Shown here in pieces: positions 10,004 through 19,350 of a DNA stretch of 64,000 nucleotides (its first letter is position 1; each line of letters opens with the position of its first letter). The notes below the pieces were generated by a model. That model saw only the letters and a list, made by a program, of their open reading frames with translations. It had not been told where the DNA came from and ran no database searches. Both the position numbers and the translations under genes were made by a program. Source of the DNA: Acidimicrobiales bacterium (GTDB lineage: Bacteria; Actinomycetota; Acidimicrobiia; Acidimicrobiales; Ilumatobacteraceae); assembly GCA_038244535.1 (NCBI GenBank), contig JBBRTJ010000001.1:10861-74860 (forward strand), read 5' to 3'.

Positions 10004-11214
10004 CGGCCGTCGACGGCAGTTCGCCGCTGCTGTTCAACCCGTTCGACCCCGAGTTCCGGGCTGACCCCTACCCGTTCTACGACCGCCTGCGCACCGACGC
10101 TCCGGCCTACGTGACGCCGTTCGGCATGGTCGTGCTGAGCCGCTACCACGACGTTGCCGCCACGCTGCGCAGCACCGACTTCTCGCGCGACATCGAGGCC
10201 AATGCCAACGAGGCAGCCGCACCCATCGGCCCGCGCCGACGCCCGCGCCAAGGCGCCAAGAACATCCTCAGCCTCGACCCGCCTGACCACACTCGGCTGC
10301 GGCGCCTGGTCACCAAGGTGTTCACGCCGTCGGCCATCGATGCGCTGCGACCGCGGGTGCAGCGGCTCGTCGACGACGTGCTCGATCGTGGCGCCGAGCG
10401 CGGGCAGATGGAGCTGGTCGACGAGCTGGCGTTCCCGGTGCCGTTCCAGGTGATCAGCGATCTGCTGGCCATGCCCACCGATCGGGCCGAGGAGCTGCGG
10501 GCTTGGTCGCAGTCGCTTACAGCAGCCCTCGAGCCCACAGCCACCGACGACACCCTCGACGAGGCCGAGGCCGCCATCAACCTGCTCGTGCCCTACCTCG
10601 TCGACATCATCGAGCACCGCCGCACCCACCTCGGCAACGACGTCCTGTCCGGCCTCATCGTGGCTGAGGAAGCCGGCGACCGCCTGTCAGTCGACGAGCT
10701 GATCTCGTTCGTCGTGCTCCTCTACGTGGCCGGTCACGAGACGACGGTCAACCTCATCGGCAACGGCACGCTGGCGCTGCTGCGCCACCCTGACCAGCTT
10801 CGGGCCTGGCACGCCGACCCGTCCCTCGGGGCCAACGCCATCGACGAGCTCCTGCGCTTCGACGGGCCGGTGCAGCTCACCGTGCGCGTGCCGATGGTGC
10901 CGGTGCACTTCGGTGACGTCGAGGTGGCGCCGGGGACGGTGGTCATGACCCTGCTCGGTGCAGCCAACCACGACGCCGAGGTGTTCGACGACCCCCACTC
11001 GCTTCGCCTCGATCGGGCCAACGCCCACCGCCACCTGGCCTTCGCCGCCGGCATCCACTACTGCCTCGGCGCCTCGCTGGCCAAGCTCGAAGCCCAGGTC
11101 GCCATCGGGTCGCTCGTGGCTCGCTTCCCCAACGTGGCGCTGGCCGGCGAGCCCACCTGGCGCGACCGCCTCACCATCCGCGGCGTCGACCACCTCCCCC
11201 TCGCGTTGCGCTAG
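10000..11214 (+). CDS. cytochrome P450
   Basis: I-helix AGHETT, ExxR (ELLRF), heme-thiolate loop FAAGIHYCLGASLA. The N-terminus MTAVDGSSPLLFNPFDPEF is typical of bacterial class I P450s. Confidence 0.93.
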   Translation: MTAVDGSSPLLFNPFDPEFRADPYPFYDRLRTDAPAYVTPFGMVVLSRYHDVAATLRSTDFSRDIEANANEAAAPIGPRRRPRQGAKNILSLDPPDHTRLRRLVTKVFTPSAIDALRPRVQRLVDDVLDRGAERGQMELVDELAFPVPFQVISDLLAMPTDRAEELRAWSQSLTAALEPTATDDTLDEAEAAINLLVPYLVDIIEHRRTHLGNDVLSGLIVAEEAGDRLSVDELISFVVLLYVAGHETTVNLIGNGTLALLRHPDQLRAWHADPSLGANAIDELLRFDGPVQLTVRVPMVPVHFGDVEVAPGTVVMTLLGAANHDAEVFDDPHSLRLDRANAHRHLAFAAGIHYCLGASLAKLEAQVAIGSLVARFPNVALAGEPTWRDRLTIRGVDHLPLALR

Positions 11215-11504
11215 CCAGAGAGCGGCCCTGGCCGCATCCTCCGGGCTGTCTTGGCACTCTCGGTCGCGAGGTTGCTGCTCTACGACAACGTCGCGACGCA
11301 GAGGCTGAGCAAGCTCAGCCCCACGGCATTGCCGGCCTCGACCTTCGTGCCGTGCCGCATCCCGGCATCGGTGGGTAGTTCTCGAGGTCGACACTCGCAC
11401 CGGGGGGCGGCGAGCGCGTAGGTTGCATGACGTTCGGGCGACGCGCCCGGCCAATTCGAACGGAGTGCGACGGGGCATGTCCGTCGCCGTGACGTGGGGG
11501 TTCC

Positions 11505-11900
11505 ATGGCTGAGCAGATCCCGTTGGTCGACTACCTGGTGCTCGGCGATCGGCCGCACCTCGTCGCCCAGGAGTGCGCCAACTGTGGCGCCCGCTACTTC
11601 GACCGCCGCAACGCCTGCGCGTCCTGCTTCACCACGACGTTCCTCCCGGTCGACATCGCCACCGACGGCGAGGTCCGGGCGTTCACCATCGTGACCTTCG
11701 CCGCCCCCGGTGTGCCCGTCCCGTTCGTCGCCGCGGTCATCGACTGCGACGGCACGAGCGTGCGCGGCAACCTCATCAACGTCGCTCCGGATCCGGACCA
11801 CCTCTCGCTCGGGATGAAGGTGCGCCTCACGACCTACTCGCTGGGCACGGACGACAACGGCACCGAGGCCATCGGCTTCGGGTTCGAACCCGTCGCCTGA
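11505..11900 (+). CDS. DUF35 Zn-ribbon/OB-fold protein (thiolase partner)
   Basis: 131 aa. CANCG...CASC zinc ribbon followed by an OB-fold-like region. It sits immediately upstream of an SCP-x type thiolase. Confidence 0.85.
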   Translation: MAEQIPLVDYLVLGDRPHLVAQECANCGARYFDRRNACASCFTTTFLPVDIATDGEVRAFTIVTFAAPGVPVPFVAAVIDCDGTSVRGNLINVAPDPDHLSLGMKVRLTTYSLGTDDNGTEAIGFGFEPVA

Positions 11901-11970
11901 CCACCGCCTCCGACCGACCCCCTTTCCGACCCGACCCGCTGCGCAGCACCCGCACGACAGGAGCCCCACC

Positions 11971-13176
11971 ATGGCCAGTGACGACATCTGGATCCTCGGC
12001 ATCATCATGACCAAGTTCGGCAAGCACCCCGACAAGGACATCATCGACCTCGCGTCCGAAGCCGCCATGGGTGCGCTCGCCGATGCCGGCGTGACCATGG
12101 CCGACATGGGCATCCTGGCGGCCGGCAACCTCATGGGCGGCGGCGGGGTCGGCCAGCAGCTGCAGAAGCAGATCGGCCAGACGGGCATCCCTGTCTACAA
12201 CGTGGCCAACGCGTGTGCCACGGGCGCTACTGCCTTGCGCACCGCGATCATGGCGATCAAGGCCGGCGAGTGCGACATGGGGCTGGCCGTGGGCGTCGAG
12301 AAGCTGGCCGGCGCGGGCCTGCTCGGCGGCGGAGGCCGGGGCAAGAAGGACGGAAACGCGTTCGAACCCACGGGCCGCTACGGCGCGGTTGCGCCTACTG
12401 ACGGCCGCATCGGCACGGACACCATGCCCGGCGTGTTCGCCCAGATCGGCATGGAGTACGGGCACAAGTACGGCGGGGCCACCTTCGAGCTGTTCGCCAA
12501 GATCAGCGAGAAGAACCACTCGCACTCGACCCTCAACCCGCTCGCGGCCTACAGCAAGAAGATGACGCTCGAGCAGATCATGGGCGACGTCATGATCAGC
12601 TACCCCAACACCCGGCCGATGTGCTCGGCCAACTGCGATGGTGCGGCCGCGGCGGTCGTGGTCAGCGGATCAAAGCTCAAGACGCTGTCGCTCGAGCAGC
12701 AGCGCCGAGCGGTCAAGGTGTCGGCCTCGATCCTCACGAGCGATCCGTGGCAGGAGTCCTGCCAGATCCTGCCTGACGTCAACACCCTCACCCGCAACGC
12801 CGCCCGCCAGGCCTACGAGCAGGCCGGCATCGGCCCCGACGACCTCGACCTCGTCGAGCTGCACGACTGCTTCGCCACGGCCGAGCTGGTCCACTACGAC
12901 AACTTGATGCTGTGCCCCGAGGGTGGCGCCGTCGACTTCTTCAACTCCGGTGCCACGTGGCGTGACGGCTCGAAGCCGGTCAACGTGTCGGGCGGGCTCG
13001 AGTCCAAGGGCCATCCGATCGCGGCTACGGGCATCGCCAACATCTGGGAGGTCTGCACGCACCTGCGGGGTGAGGGCGGCGACCGTCAGATCGAGGGTGC
13101 CAGCGTTGGCCTGGCCCACGTGATCGGCCTCGGCTCGGCCTGTGGCGTCCACATCCTGGAGCGTTCGGCGCTCTGA
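11971..13176 (+). CDS. thiolase-family protein (SCP-x / lipid-transfer type)
   Basis: 401 aa. Active-site region NACATGATAL and C-terminal GHPIAATG. Typical pairing with DUF35. Confidence 0.9.
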   Translation: MASDDIWILGIIMTKFGKHPDKDIIDLASEAAMGALADAGVTMADMGILAAGNLMGGGGVGQQLQKQIGQTGIPVYNVANACATGATALRTAIMAIKAGECDMGLAVGVEKLAGAGLLGGGGRGKKDGNAFEPTGRYGAVAPTDGRIGTDTMPGVFAQIGMEYGHKYGGATFELFAKISEKNHSHSTLNPLAAYSKKMTLEQIMGDVMISYPNTRPMCSANCDGAAAAVVVSGSKLKTLSLEQQRRAVKVSASILTSDPWQESCQILPDVNTLTRNAARQAYEQAGIGPDDLDLVELHDCFATAELVHYDNLMLCPEGGAVDFFNSGATWRDGSKPVNVSGGLESKGHPIAATGIANIWEVCTHLRGEGGDRQIEGASVGLAHVIGLGSACGVHILERSAL

Positions 13177-13178
13177 CC

Positions 13179-14372
13179 GTGGTGGACGTCCAGCACGGGC
13201 GGATCGCCTTTCCCGACGGGTTCGTCTGGGGCACCGCCACCGCCGCCCACCAGGTCGAGGGCGGCAACTGGAACAACGACTGGTGGCGCTGGGAGCACCG
13301 GCCCGAGACGAACTGCGTCGAGCCGAGCGGTGATGGCATCGACCACTACCACCGCTCTCGAGACGACCTCGCGCTCCTGGCCGAGCTCGGCTTCGGCTCC
13401 TATCGCTTCTCGATCGAGTGGAGCCGAATCGAGCCCGAGAACGGCGAGATCTCGACGGCCGCGCTCGATCACTACCGCCGCATGTGTGCGGCCTGCCACG
13501 AGGTCGCCATCACCCCGGTCGTCACCTTCCACCACTTCACGACGCCGCGGTGGGTGGCCGACCTCGGCGGTTGGGAGGACCCGGCCACCGCCGATCGCTT
13601 CGCCCGCTTCTGCGCCCGGGCAACCGAGCACCTGGGCGATCTCATCGGGCGGGGCTGCACGCTCAACGAGCCCAACGTCGTGGCCACCATGGGCAACCTG
13701 GCCGGGGTGTTCCCGCCGGGCCGCCAGGACCCCTCGGCCCGTCGGCGCGTCAACGAGGTGTTCGTCGCCGCCCATCGCAAGGCCCTCGACGCCATCAAGA
13801 GCGGCCCTGGTGACTTCCCAGTGGGACTGTGCCTGGCCATGAGCGACTACCAGGCCGTCGATGGCGGCGAGGCCAAGCGCGACCAGATCCGCCACGCCAT
13901 GAACGACGTCTACCTCGACGCCGCCACCGGTGACGACTTCGTCGGCGTGCAGACCTACAGCCGCGACCGAGTCGGCCCCGACGGCGTCGTGCCGCCACCC
14001 GAGGGCGCCGAGCTCACGCTCATGGGCTACGAGTTCTGGCCCGAGGCGCTCGAGGCCACGATCCGCTACGCGTGGAAGCGCACCGACGGCACGCCGATCC
14101 TGGTCACCGAGAATGGCATCGGCACCGCCGACGACACCCGCCGCATCGCGTACTACCGGCGCTCGCTGGCCGGCGTGCGCCGCTGCCTCGATGACGGCAT
14201 CGACGTGCAGGGGTTCACGGCGTGGTCGGCGTTCGACAACTTCGAGTGGGCCCTCGGTTACCGGCCGACCTTCGGCCTGATCGCCGTCGACCGCACGACC
14301 TTTGTCCGCACGCCCAAGCCCAGCGCCTACTGGCTCGGCGAGATCGCCCGCACCAACGCCTTGGCGGGGTGA
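13179..14372 (+). CDS. GH1 beta-glucosidase
   Basis: 397 aa. WGTATAAHQVEG, acid/base TLNEPN, nucleophile VTENGIG. GTG start 2 nt after the thiolase stop. Confidence 0.93.
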   Translation: MVDVQHGRIAFPDGFVWGTATAAHQVEGGNWNNDWWRWEHRPETNCVEPSGDGIDHYHRSRDDLALLAELGFGSYRFSIEWSRIEPENGEISTAALDHYRRMCAACHEVAITPVVTFHHFTTPRWVADLGGWEDPATADRFARFCARATEHLGDLIGRGCTLNEPNVVATMGNLAGVFPPGRQDPSARRRVNEVFVAAHRKALDAIKSGPGDFPVGLCLAMSDYQAVDGGEAKRDQIRHAMNDVYLDAATGDDFVGVQTYSRDRVGPDGVVPPPEGAELTLMGYEFWPEALEATIRYAWKRTDGTPILVTENGIGTADDTRRIAYYRRSLAGVRRCLDDGIDVQGFTAWSAFDNFEWALGYRPTFGLIAVDRTTFVRTPKPSAYWLGEIARTNALAG

Positions 14373-14443
14373 CGCGAAGCCACGCCCACGCTCGCTTCCG
14401 GTGGTGCGGGCCTCGACGAAGCCCCGCCCATCGGCGGCGCTTT

Positions 14444-15226
14444 TCAGGAGGCGAGCGACACGGCGAAGATCTGCCAGGCCAACAGGGACTTCGCCCCGAG
14501 ACTGAGCGCCAGATAGGTCTTCTCACCGAAGGCATAATCGGCCCATCGGCCGACTCCCCGGTACTGAAGCCACTGGTTGAGGCCAAAGCTGAAGAAGAAC
14601 ATGAACTGAACGATGAAGATGGCGTAGACCGCGCCCGGGATCGTCGTCGCTCCGACGAGGTTGACGGCGATTGCCACCCAGGGAGCGATCCCCACGAGCG
14701 TCCCGAACCAGAAGGGGAGCATCGTGGTGGAGGTACGCCCGGGAGGGTTCATTCGTTCCTGGAGCCAGCCGAACAGGATCATCGCGATGTTGGCACCGGC
14801 GATTGCGATCACCGCGTTGATCGAGGTGATGCCGAAGTAGAAGCTGATCAGGATGACCATCACCGTGGCGCTGACGGAGTACTCGACCCATCGGAAGCGG
14901 TTGATGCCGCGCTGCAGGTCCCGCTCGTACACGCCCCGAGCGAAGGTCGCCGTCAGCAGATGATCCAGGCCGGCCAGGCCGAGGAAGACGACGATGGCCC
15001 ATCCGATCCGCACGTCGAACAGGGTCGAGGGGGCTGGCACTGCCGTCCCCGGGGGGCCTTCGGGGAACGACGATGTCACCACGATGGCAAAGTCGCTGGT
15101 CAGCACCAGGATCAGCACAGCCTGACCAAGATGCAAGACGGCCAAACCGACGTTCCAGCGGTGGAGGTTGCCGAGGCGTTCGCTGGTGACCCCCGTCGCG
15201 CTCGCCAGTGGAGTCAATCGGGCCAC
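14444..15226 (-). CDS. heliorhodopsin
   Basis: 7-TM protein with heliorhodopsin hallmarks: NRFRWVEYSVS, MILFGWLQE, LPFWFG, SLGAKSLLAWQIF (Lys codon at 14489..14491). ORF 14444..15349 trimmed to GTG 15226, which has GAAGGAG 4 nt upstream. Confidence 0.9.
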   Translation of the reverse strand: MARLTPLASATGVTSERLGNLHRWNVGLAVLHLGQAVLILVLTSDFAIVVTSSFPEGPPGTAVPAPSTLFDVRIGWAIVVFLGLAGLDHLLTATFARGVYERDLQRGINRFRWVEYSVSATVMVILISFYFGITSINAVIAIAGANIAMILFGWLQERMNPPGRTSTTMLPFWFGTLVGIAPWVAIAVNLVGATTIPGAVYAIFIVQFMFFFSFGLNQWLQYRGVGRWADYAFGEKTYLALSLGAKSLLAWQIFAVSLAS

Positions 15227-15373
15227 GGTGCTCCTTCGAAGTTCGTCGTACGCACCCAGGAAGCGGCGCCCTGGGAGGGTACGAGCAGGTCGGGCGACCT
15301 GTCCAGCGTGCTCAGCCGCCAGTGATGGCCGCCACCGGGTGCATCCCATGCCATGGACGGCCCGGAACGCAGA

Positions 15374-15410
15374 AGAGCCGATCGCCTCGTCGAGGAGGGC
15401 GATCGGCTCT
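15374..15410 (-). terminator. 13-bp perfect stem hairpin downstream of tRNA-Ala
   Basis: AGAGCCGATCGCC (15374..15386) pairs with GGCGATCGGCTCT (15398..15410) across an 11-nt loop. On the minus strand it follows the tRNA 3' end and precedes the heliorhodopsin promoter region. There is no clear U-tract. Confidence 0.5.
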
Positions 15411-15426
15411 GTCAGGCCTTACCGGG

Positions 15427-15499
15427 TGGAGGTGCGGGGAATCGAACCCCGGGCCTCAACAGTGCGATTGTTGCGCTCTGCCAACTGAGCTACACCCCC
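15427..15499 (-). tRNA. tRNA-Ala (anticodon CGC)
   Basis: Hand-folded cloverleaf. Acceptor GGGGGTG/CACCTCC with G3:U70, D-arm TAGCTCAGTTGGCAGAGC, anticodon loop ATCGCAC, T-arm CGGGGTTCGATTCCCCG, discriminator A. CCA is not encoded. Confidence 0.93.
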
Positions 15500-15510
15500 G
15501 CAGGGCTCGC

Positions 15511-16005
15511 TCAGGTTAGCCCGCCCTCGAGGGCGCGTTGCAGACGTTGCTGGAGCACGGCGTTGGTGATGTCACCTCGAGTGCGCTCGACCACGGCTCG
15601 CAGCGCGTCGAGGGTTCGGCGCAGCCCTCCGGTCAGCGCGTCGGGCGCATCGACCACCACGAGAGCGCCGAACGCCTCGTCCATCGAGGCCAGAAGCTGC
15701 TCGGCCCGTTCGAGATCGCCCTCGCGCAGCCGGTCGAGGGCGTGGCGGCGCAGCTCGCTGGCCGCCTCGGCCACGCCGTTGAGCCAGGCCGGGTCGGCCA
15801 CACCGAGCTCGTCGGGACCGGGCACGGTCGCGCCGGCCACGAGGGCCATCGTGGCGCGAGCCTCGACGTACTCCTTGGCCGCGTCGTGCAGGAAGCCGGC
15901 ATGGGCCACCTGGGGGAAGGGCCTGAGGGCCGACTGGGCCTCGCGAAGGTGGTGTTCGGCCTCCGCCGTCTTGGCCGCGACGACGTCGGGTTGGCCGAGG
16001 TGCAC
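15511..16005 (-). CDS. translin-family protein (canonical-start minimum; likely extends to about 16149)
   Basis: 164-aa ORF from GTG 16005. The same frame stays open upstream and encodes a family-like N-terminal helix (LDAAVGAISERLAVSSQAREVGLASCRAVIRASSSAIRAV), but with no ATG/GTG/TTG. See findings. Confidence 0.7.
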   Translation of the reverse strand: MHLGQPDVVAAKTAEAEHHLREAQSALRPFPQVAHAGFLHDAAKEYVEARATMALVAGATVPGPDELGVADPAWLNGVAEAASELRRHALDRLREGDLERAEQLLASMDEAFGALVVVDAPDALTGGLRRTLDALRAVVERTRGDITNAVLQQRLQRALEGGLT

Positions 16006-16160
16006 CGCCCGGATGGCGCTGCTCGAGGCCCGGATGACCGCCCGACACGATGCCAGCCCGACTTCGCGGGCTTGGCTGCTGACGGCCAGGCGCTCGGAGA
16101 TGGCGCCAACTGCGGCGTCGAGCGATCCCTCGGGCGCCGAGCCGTTCAGGACGCCCGACC

Positions 16161-16811
16161 TCAGGCGGCGTGCGACCAGGCGAAGCGGCTGGACCGCTGC
16201 ACCTCGACGCGGCGGAGCTGGACGAGCAGCGCGAGGTAAGCGACGAGGACCAGATCAAGGCCGACGTGGACGACCAGCAGCGGGCCCATGCCCGGCACGC
16301 CGAGCCCGAGGGCCAACGTCGCAAAGGCCAGCGCACCCAGGATCATGAGGACGTTCTGGCGCCGGCGCTTGGCAGCATCTCGCGACATGCGGGCGCGGTA
16401 GGCCGGAGCGGGCCGGCGGGCCGGAGCAGCCCGGTACGCGGGAGCGCCTCGGTACGCCGAAGTGGAGCGACGCGATGCCATGTCGTGACCACGGACCTCG
16501 TAGCGATCGTCGTCGTACTGGTCGTCAGCGTTGTCGTAGCTGTCGTAGCGATCGGCGGAGGCCACAGGCCCCCGAAGTTGGCGAGCTGGAGCGTAGGCCG
16601 GAGCGGTGCGAGATGAGCGCGTCGGCGGGGTCCGGTAGGCGGCGCCCATCGGGCGCGCACCGCGGCCGGCGGTGCGACTCAGCGTGGAGAGCTGTCGACC
16701 GAAGCTGCTGACGGAGTCGCCGGGGCGCCCGCTCGTTCGAGAGCGGAGGAACGGTGGCAGAAGCACCAGCGCCCACATCACAGCGAGAATCACGACAACC
16801 AACAGCGTCAC
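16161..16811 (-). CDS. hypothetical membrane protein (N-terminal TM, Arg/Ala/Tyr-rich linker, two C-terminal TMs)
   Basis: 216-aa ORF with a GTG start and hydrophobic segments at both ends. The linker carries APAYR-like peptide repeats. I recognised no family. Confidence 0.55.
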   Translation of the reverse strand: MTLLVVVILAVMWALVLLPPFLRSRTSGRPGDSVSSFGRQLSTLSRTAGRGARPMGAAYRTPPTRSSRTAPAYAPARQLRGPVASADRYDSYDNADDQYDDDRYEVRGHDMASRRSTSAYRGAPAYRAAPARRPAPAYRARMSRDAAKRRRQNVLMILGALAFATLALGLGVPGMGPLLVVHVGLDLVLVAYLALLVQLRRVEVQRSSRFAWSHAA

Positions 16812-16994
16812 GCTCCGTGCCTGCCTTTACCTGTCGGGTGACCGTAATCACAACGGTGTAAGCCGCGGTGGATGGTCACGTCGGATCGGGTGCGGACCTC
16901 AGGCGGAGCACCTGGGGACCCTCACTGTCTACTAGCCCCGTCACGAGACCGCAACGCGCCACTGAGCCCCGGGGCCCGCCACCGACACCAGCGC

Positions 16995-17480
16995 TCAGGC
17001 CGATTCAGCCCGCTTGTACACCCCGGAACGGCCGCCGGTCTTCTCCCACAGGGCCAGCTCGCCGATGACCATGGCCCGATCGGCCGACTTGCACATGTCA
17101 TAGATCGTGAGAGCGGCGAGCGAGCAGGCGTGGAGGGCCTCCATCTCGACCCCGGTCCGATCGACGGTGTCGACGTGGGCCTCGATGGCGATGTGGTCGT
17201 CGCCGATCTCGAAGTTGATGTACACCGAGCCGACCAGCAGCGGATGGCACAGCGGGATCATGTCGGCGGTCCGCTTAGCGGCCTGGATGCCGGCGACGCG
17301 TGCCACGGCCAGCACGTCACCCTTCTTGACCTCGCGGTTGGCGATGGCCGCCGTGGTCTCGGGCTTCATGAACACCTTGCAGCGGGCAACGGCCCGGCGG
17401 TGCGTCGGATCTTTCGGCGTGACGTCGACCATCCGGGCTCGGCCCAGCGGATCGAGGTGGGTGAAGTTCAGGTCCGACAC
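16995..17480 (-). CDS. moaC: cyclic pyranopterin monophosphate synthase
   Basis: 161 aa. Full-length MoaC pattern (RMVDVTPK, MIPLCHPL, EALHACSLAALTIYDMCK). Confidence 0.95.
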   Translation of the reverse strand: MSDLNFTHLDPLGRARMVDVTPKDPTHRRAVARCKVFMKPETTAAIANREVKKGDVLAVARVAGIQAAKRTADMIPLCHPLLVGSVYINFEIGDDHIAIEAHVDTVDRTGVEMEALHACSLAALTIYDMCKSADRAMVIGELALWEKTGGRSGVYKRAESA

Positions 17481-17546
17481 GAAGACCGAGCCTAGTGGTC
17501 GAGCCGCTCCCGACCCGCCGGACCCGCCCCCGGTACGGTTCGCCCA

Positions 17547-18290
17547 ATGTCAGCACTGCCCCCGCCGCTGCCGCCGACGCCGCCACCACCACCACCGAGG
17601 CCCGCACCCCCTGCCGCGTCCTTTCGGTCGCTGCGGGGGCTCACCGTGGCCCTCACCGCGGTCTACTCAGTCATGGTGGTCGTGCTGCTCCTCGGCGCCG
17701 GCGCGCTCCTGCATCGCCGGACCCTGCTCGTGAGCTACTTCGACGGCGAGAACGTCACCTACGACCAGCTCCACCGCGCCGACGGTCTCGTCGGGACCAC
17801 CGTGGGCCTCTGGCTGCTGCTCGGCATCACCGTGTTCGTCTTGTCGATCGTGTGGCTGTACCGGGCCTACCGGAACATCACCGCCCTGCACGTGAGCCCC
17901 ATGCGCACGAGCGCGGGCTGGGCCATCGGCGCCTGGTTCATCCCCGTCGCCAACCTCATGCTGGTCCCCCGGCTGATCCTTGACACCTGGCGGGCCGCTG
18001 ATCCGGCGGCCGCTCACAACCCCGAATGGCAGAAGCTGCCGCGGTTGGGGTCCGTGGTGGTGTGGTGGTCACTGCTGGCCGCGGGAGCCCTGGCCAACAG
18101 GATCGGCAACCTCCAGACGCTCAGGGAGCCTGAAGGCGCCAAGAGCCACGAGCTGTGGCTCATCGCGTCACACCTGCTGTACGTCGTGGCCGCCGTGCTC
18201 GCCATCACCTCGATCCGAGCCGTGGCGGCGCGCCAGCACCGGCGCGCCGAACAACAAGGAGCAGCCGATGGAGCCCATGACCATCCCTGA
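17547..18290 (+). CDS. DUF4328-domain membrane protein
   Basis: 247 aa. Pro-rich N-terminus, then a TM core with WFIPVANLMLVP, typical of DUF4328. Confidence 0.75.
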   Translation: MSALPPPLPPTPPPPPPRPAPPAASFRSLRGLTVALTAVYSVMVVVLLLGAGALLHRRTLLVSYFDGENVTYDQLHRADGLVGTTVGLWLLLGITVFVLSIVWLYRAYRNITALHVSPMRTSAGWAIGAWFIPVANLMLVPRLILDTWRAADPAAAHNPEWQKLPRLGSVVVWWSLLAAGALANRIGNLQTLREPEGAKSHELWLIASHLLYVVAAVLAITSIRAVAARQHRRAEQQGAADGAHDHP

Positions 18291-19338
18291 GAGCGATGCA
18301 GAGCTGACCCCGGCATGGTTCAGCGCCGTGCTGGGACAGCGGGTGGACACCGTGCAGATCGAGGCGCTCGGCGAGGGCGTCGGGGTCATGGCAACCGTGC
18401 GCCGGGTGCACCTGACCGGCGCCGGCGCCCTGCCGGCCTCGGTCATCGTCAAGCTGCCCGCACCACCTGGCCCGAACCGCGAGACGGCCTCGACGTACGG
18501 GTTCTACGCCCGCGAGGTCGAGTTCTACCGCCAGGCCGCACCGAGCATGGACCTGCGGGTGCCGGGCTGCTTCCATGCCGACTCGGCTGGCGACGGCTCG
18601 GGCGTCCCGTTCGTGATCGTGCTCGAAGACGTGCGCGACGCCACCTCGGTCGATCAGCTTGCCGGCTGCACGCTGGCCCAGGCCGAGCTCGTGAGCGACG
18701 AGGTCGCCAAGCTCCACGCCCGCTGGTGGGATGCCCCCGACCTCGACTTGCTCGACTGGCTGCCATCGGTCGACAACCCGGCCTACCGCGGGTTCCAGGC
18801 CGCCATCGAGCCGTTGCAGCCCGTGCTGCGGGCCAAGTACGGCGACGCTCTCGACGAGCGGGGCTGGTCGCTCATGAGCAGGCTCGAGGGCGGCGGCTAC
18901 CTCGAGTACCTCGCCTACTGGGAGCGGACCGGGCCGATGACGTTCGCCCACTACGACCTGCGGCTCGACAACGTGCTGTTCGAGGCCGACCGCGTGTGCC
19001 TGCTCGACTGGCAGCTCGCGGTGCGCCATCGGGGCACGTTCGACCTTGCCTACTTCCTCGGCCAGAACGTCACGCCCGAGTTCCGCCGCACCCACCAGGA
19101 GCGGCTGCTGCGCCGGTACCACGACGCCCTGACCGGGCTCGGCGTCACGGGCTACTCGTTCGAGCACTGCTACGACGACTACCGCGGCGCCATGGTCATG
19201 CACGTCGCCTCGGCACTGCAGCTCGCCACCCTCGAACCGGGCAACGAGCGAGGGCAGCGGCTCCTCGACGCGATGTGCACGTCGGGATGGACAGCGGCGT
19301 GCGAGCTCGACAGCGGACAGGTGATCTTCGGGAGCTGA
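18268..19338 (+). CDS. phosphotransferase-family protein (ecdysteroid-kinase/APH-like)
   Basis: ORF 17980..19338 trimmed to ATG 18268, with AAGGAG 6 nt upstream. Kinase-like CLLDWQLAVRHRGTFDLAYFL. Confidence 0.8.
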   Translation: MEPMTIPESDAELTPAWFSAVLGQRVDTVQIEALGEGVGVMATVRRVHLTGAGALPASVIVKLPAPPGPNRETASTYGFYAREVEFYRQAAPSMDLRVPGCFHADSAGDGSGVPFVIVLEDVRDATSVDQLAGCTLAQAELVSDEVAKLHARWWDAPDLDLLDWLPSVDNPAYRGFQAAIEPLQPVLRAKYGDALDERGWSLMSRLEGGGYLEYLAYWERTGPMTFAHYDLRLDNVLFEADRVCLLDWQLAVRHRGTFDLAYFLGQNVTPEFRRTHQERLLRRYHDALTGLGVTGYSFEHCYDDYRGAMVMHVASALQLATLEPGNERGQRLLDAMCTSGWTAACELDSGQVIFGS

Positions 19339-19350
19339 TGGGCTGCTCCT

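Noticed and set aside
11303-11320. The palindrome GGCTGAGC-AA-GCTCAGCC about 90 nt after the P450 stop as a terminator.
   Set aside because: It is plausible, but there is no U-tract and the loop is very tight. I cannot distinguish it from chance GC-rich palindromes without transcript data.
15227-15499. A tRNA-Ala-associated genomic island carrying the heliorhodopsin.
   Set aside because: There is no integrase or recombinase, and I noticed no direct repeat of the tRNA 3' end nearby. The adjacent genes look like ordinary core genes.
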